Of a stretch of DNA of 36,970 bases, positions 34,440 through 36,970 are shown in pieces (position 1 is the first letter of the stretch; each line of letters starts with the position of its first letter). A program made the translations under genes and the position numbers. The stretch is from Chiloscyllium plagiosum (lineage: Eukaryota), in assembly GCF_004010195.1 (NCBI RefSeq), contig NC_057718.1, forward strand, positions 803,608 through 840,577, given 5' to 3'. The notes beneath the pieces are model-generated. The model was not told the DNA's origin. It ran no database searches and saw nothing but the letters and a program-made list of their open reading frames with translations.

Positions 34440-35322
34440 CCTTCAGTTCAATGGGCCCTGACAACATTTTGGCAATAGGACTGAAGCGATAGTGCTCCAG
34501 AACTTGCCATTCACCTATCGAGCTGTTTCAATACAGTCACAACACTAATACCTTCCCAACAATGTGGAAAATTGCCTGGGTATTTCCTGTACACAAAAAG
34601 CAGGACAAATCCAACCTGGCCAAATACCGCCCCATTGGTCCACTCTCCATCCTCAGTAAAGTGATGGAGGGTGTCAGTAACAGCGCTATCAGGCAGCACC
34701 TGCTCAGCAATAACCTGCTCAGTGACGCCCAGTTTGGGTTCCCCCAGGGCCACTCAGCTCCTGACCTCATTACAGCCTTGGGTCAAACATGGACAAAAGA
34801 GCTGAATTCCAGAGGGGAGGGCAGGGGAGAGGGACAGCCCTTGACATCAAGGCTGCATTCGACTGAGGAGCCCTAGTTAAACTGGAATCAATGGGTATCA
34901 GGGGGCAAACTTTCCAGTCGTTAGAGTCATCCCTGACACATAAGAAGATGGCTGTGGTTGTTGAAGGTCAGTCATCTCAGCTCCAGGACATCTCTGCAGG
35001 AGTTCCACTGGGGAGTGTCCTAGGCCCAACCATCTTCAGCTGTTTCATCAATGACCTTCCCTCTATCTTAAGGTCAGAAATGGGATTGTTCACCGATGGT
35101 TGCACGATATTCAGTACCATTCACAACTTCTCAGATACTGAGGCAGTCCATGTTCAAATGCAACAAGACCTGGGTCATATCCAGGCTTGGGCTGACAAGT
35201 GGCAAGTAACATTTGTGCCACACAAATGCCAAGCTCCGACCATCAGACATTCTAACCACATGGTTACATTGTTATCACTGAATCTCCCTCTATCAATATC
35301 CTGGGAGTTACCATTGATCAGA
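34440..35322 (+). mobile_element. CR1/L2-group LINE RT fragment (distinct family)
   Basis: WKIAWVFPVHKK, YRPIGPLSILSKVME, QFGF, GVPLGSVLGPTIF, FTDG; frameshifted. Confidence 0.85.
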
Positions 35323-35399
35323 AACACACACAACACACGCACCCCCCACACAACACACATACAAACACCCTCCCCCACACACGCAAACACATGGACACA

Positions 35400-35800
35400 C
35401 TTTAACCCCTCATGCCCCCCCATCCAAGTACCTTTCAGGTGATTTGTATTTCTTTCAATTAACTCCCTTTATCTAGTCCAATGTATTTGCTATTCACAAT
35501 GAGACCACGTAATTGAGTTAGAGGGTTTTGATTGATAATGGGATCAAGGGTTGTGGGGAGAAGGCAGGAGAATGGGGTTTAGAAACATAGCCATGATTGA
35601 ATGGTGGGCAGACTCAGTGGGCCCAATGGCTTAATTTTCCTGCTATATTTTATGGTCTCATAGTCTCTTTACATTGAGGAGACCAAACCTTGACTGTGTG
35701 ACCACTTTGCAGAACACCTCCACACTGTCTATAAGAATGAACCCAACTTCTGGTTATGGCTATTTCAATAAACTGCCTTGCTGCCGTCACTACCACTTCC
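35400..35800 (+). mobile_element. Decayed PLE GIY-YIG fragment split by a CR1 tail
   Basis: YIEETK...DHFAEHL remnant near 35670-35720; CR1-type tail at about 35505-35660. Confidence 0.45.
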
Positions 35801-36185
35801 ACCCTGATCTCACTGCAGTGTCCCAGCAAGGAGGATCAAATGTACCACTTCTTTCACTTAAATGCAGTTTATTGATAAGACTCAATATTAAGTTAAGATG
35901 TTACTACAGTTGTTATAGGGGATTTCAACATACAGGTAGACTGGGAGAATCAGGATAGTATTGGACCTCAAGAAAGAGACTTTGTGGAACCACTTCCACC
36001 CTGATCTCACTGCAGTGTCCCAGCAAGGAGGATCAAATGTACCACTTCTTTCACTTAAATGCAGTTTATTGATAAGACTCAATATTAAGTTAAGATGTTA
36101 CTACAGTTGTTATAGGGGATTTCAACATACAGGTAGACTGGGAGAATCAGGATAGTATTGGACCTCAAGAAAGAGACTTTGTGGA
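35792..36185. repeat. Exact tandem duplication, 197 bp x2
   Basis: 35792-35988 appears identical to 35989-36185. Confidence 0.92.
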
Positions 36186-36970
36186 GTGCCTCAGAGATGG
36201 ATTCTTAGAGCAGCTGGTGCTGGAGCCGACCAGGGAGAAGGCAATTCTGGATCTGGTATTGTGTAACGAACCAGAATTGATCAGTGACCTCGAAGTGAAG
36301 GAGCCATTGGGAAGTAGTGACTATAATACAATAAGCTTCAATCTGCAATTTGAGAGGGAGCGGGTACAATCAGAAGTGACAATATTTCAGTTGAATAAAG
36401 GGAACTATGGAGCTATGAGGGAGGAGCTGGCCAAAGTTCAATGGTGCAATACCTTAGCAGGGATGACCGTGGAGGAACAATGGCGGATATTTCTGTGTAT
36501 AATGCAGAAGTTGCAGGATCAGTTCATTCCTAAAAGGAAGAAAGATCCCAGGAGGAGGCATGGGCGGCCGTGGCTGACGAGGGAAGTAAAGAAACATATA
36601 AAGTTAAAAGAGAAAAAGTATAACATAGCTAAGATAAGTGGGAAAACTGAGGACTGGGAAGCTTTTAAAGAGCAACAGAGGATTACTAAGAAGGAAATAC
36701 GCAGAGGAAAAATGAGGTACGAAGGTAAACTGGCCAAGAATATTAAGGAGGACAGTAAAAGCTTTTTTAGGTATGTGCAAGACAAAAAAATGGTTAGGAC
36801 AAAAATTGGGCCCTTGAAGACAGAAACAGAGGAATATATTACTAGGAACAAAGAAATGACAGAGGAATTAAATGGGTACTTCAGATCTGTGTACACTGGG
36901 GAAGACACAAACAATCTCCCTGAGGTAACAGTGGCTGAAGGACCTGAAATTAAGGGAATTTATATTTGCC
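36103..36970 (+). mobile_element. Young CR1 LINE ORF2 (endonuclease and linker); frame open to the window end
   Basis: TVVIGDFNIQVDW, PTREKAILDLVL, GSSDYN, PWLTREVK, KSFFRYV; no stop seen in about 870 nt. Confidence 0.9.

Overview
Repeat-rich eukaryotic DNA, most likely from a cartilaginous fish (HE1-type V-SINEs, CR1 LINEs and Penelope-like elements typical of sharks), with three assembly gaps. The window carries the 3' half of an EFHC1-type gene (DM10-domain ciliary microtubule protein) on the minus strand. Four exons are clearly homologous (31983-32203, 26611-26751, 16670-16883, 4624-4822). A fifth, in-frame terminal exon (2074-1636, AATAAA at 1525-1530) encodes about 12 copies of a 9-aa repeat where the canonical EF-hand exons would be. 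The introns hold a Gmr1-type Gypsy LTR element (integrase before RT), two other decayed Gypsy elements, many CR1 fragments, SINEs, and Penelope-like elements and mini-elements that together carry about 10 minimal hammerhead-ribozyme motifs. There is also an apparently SINE-derived minisatellite present in inverted orientation. Near the left end are two RFX X-box-like sites and a candidate small spliced plus-strand transcript. Best leads: the repeat-tailed, EF-hand-less EFHC1 C-terminus and the TSD-flanked or palindromic hammerhead mini-elements. All calls are from reading the sequence; no database searches were run.
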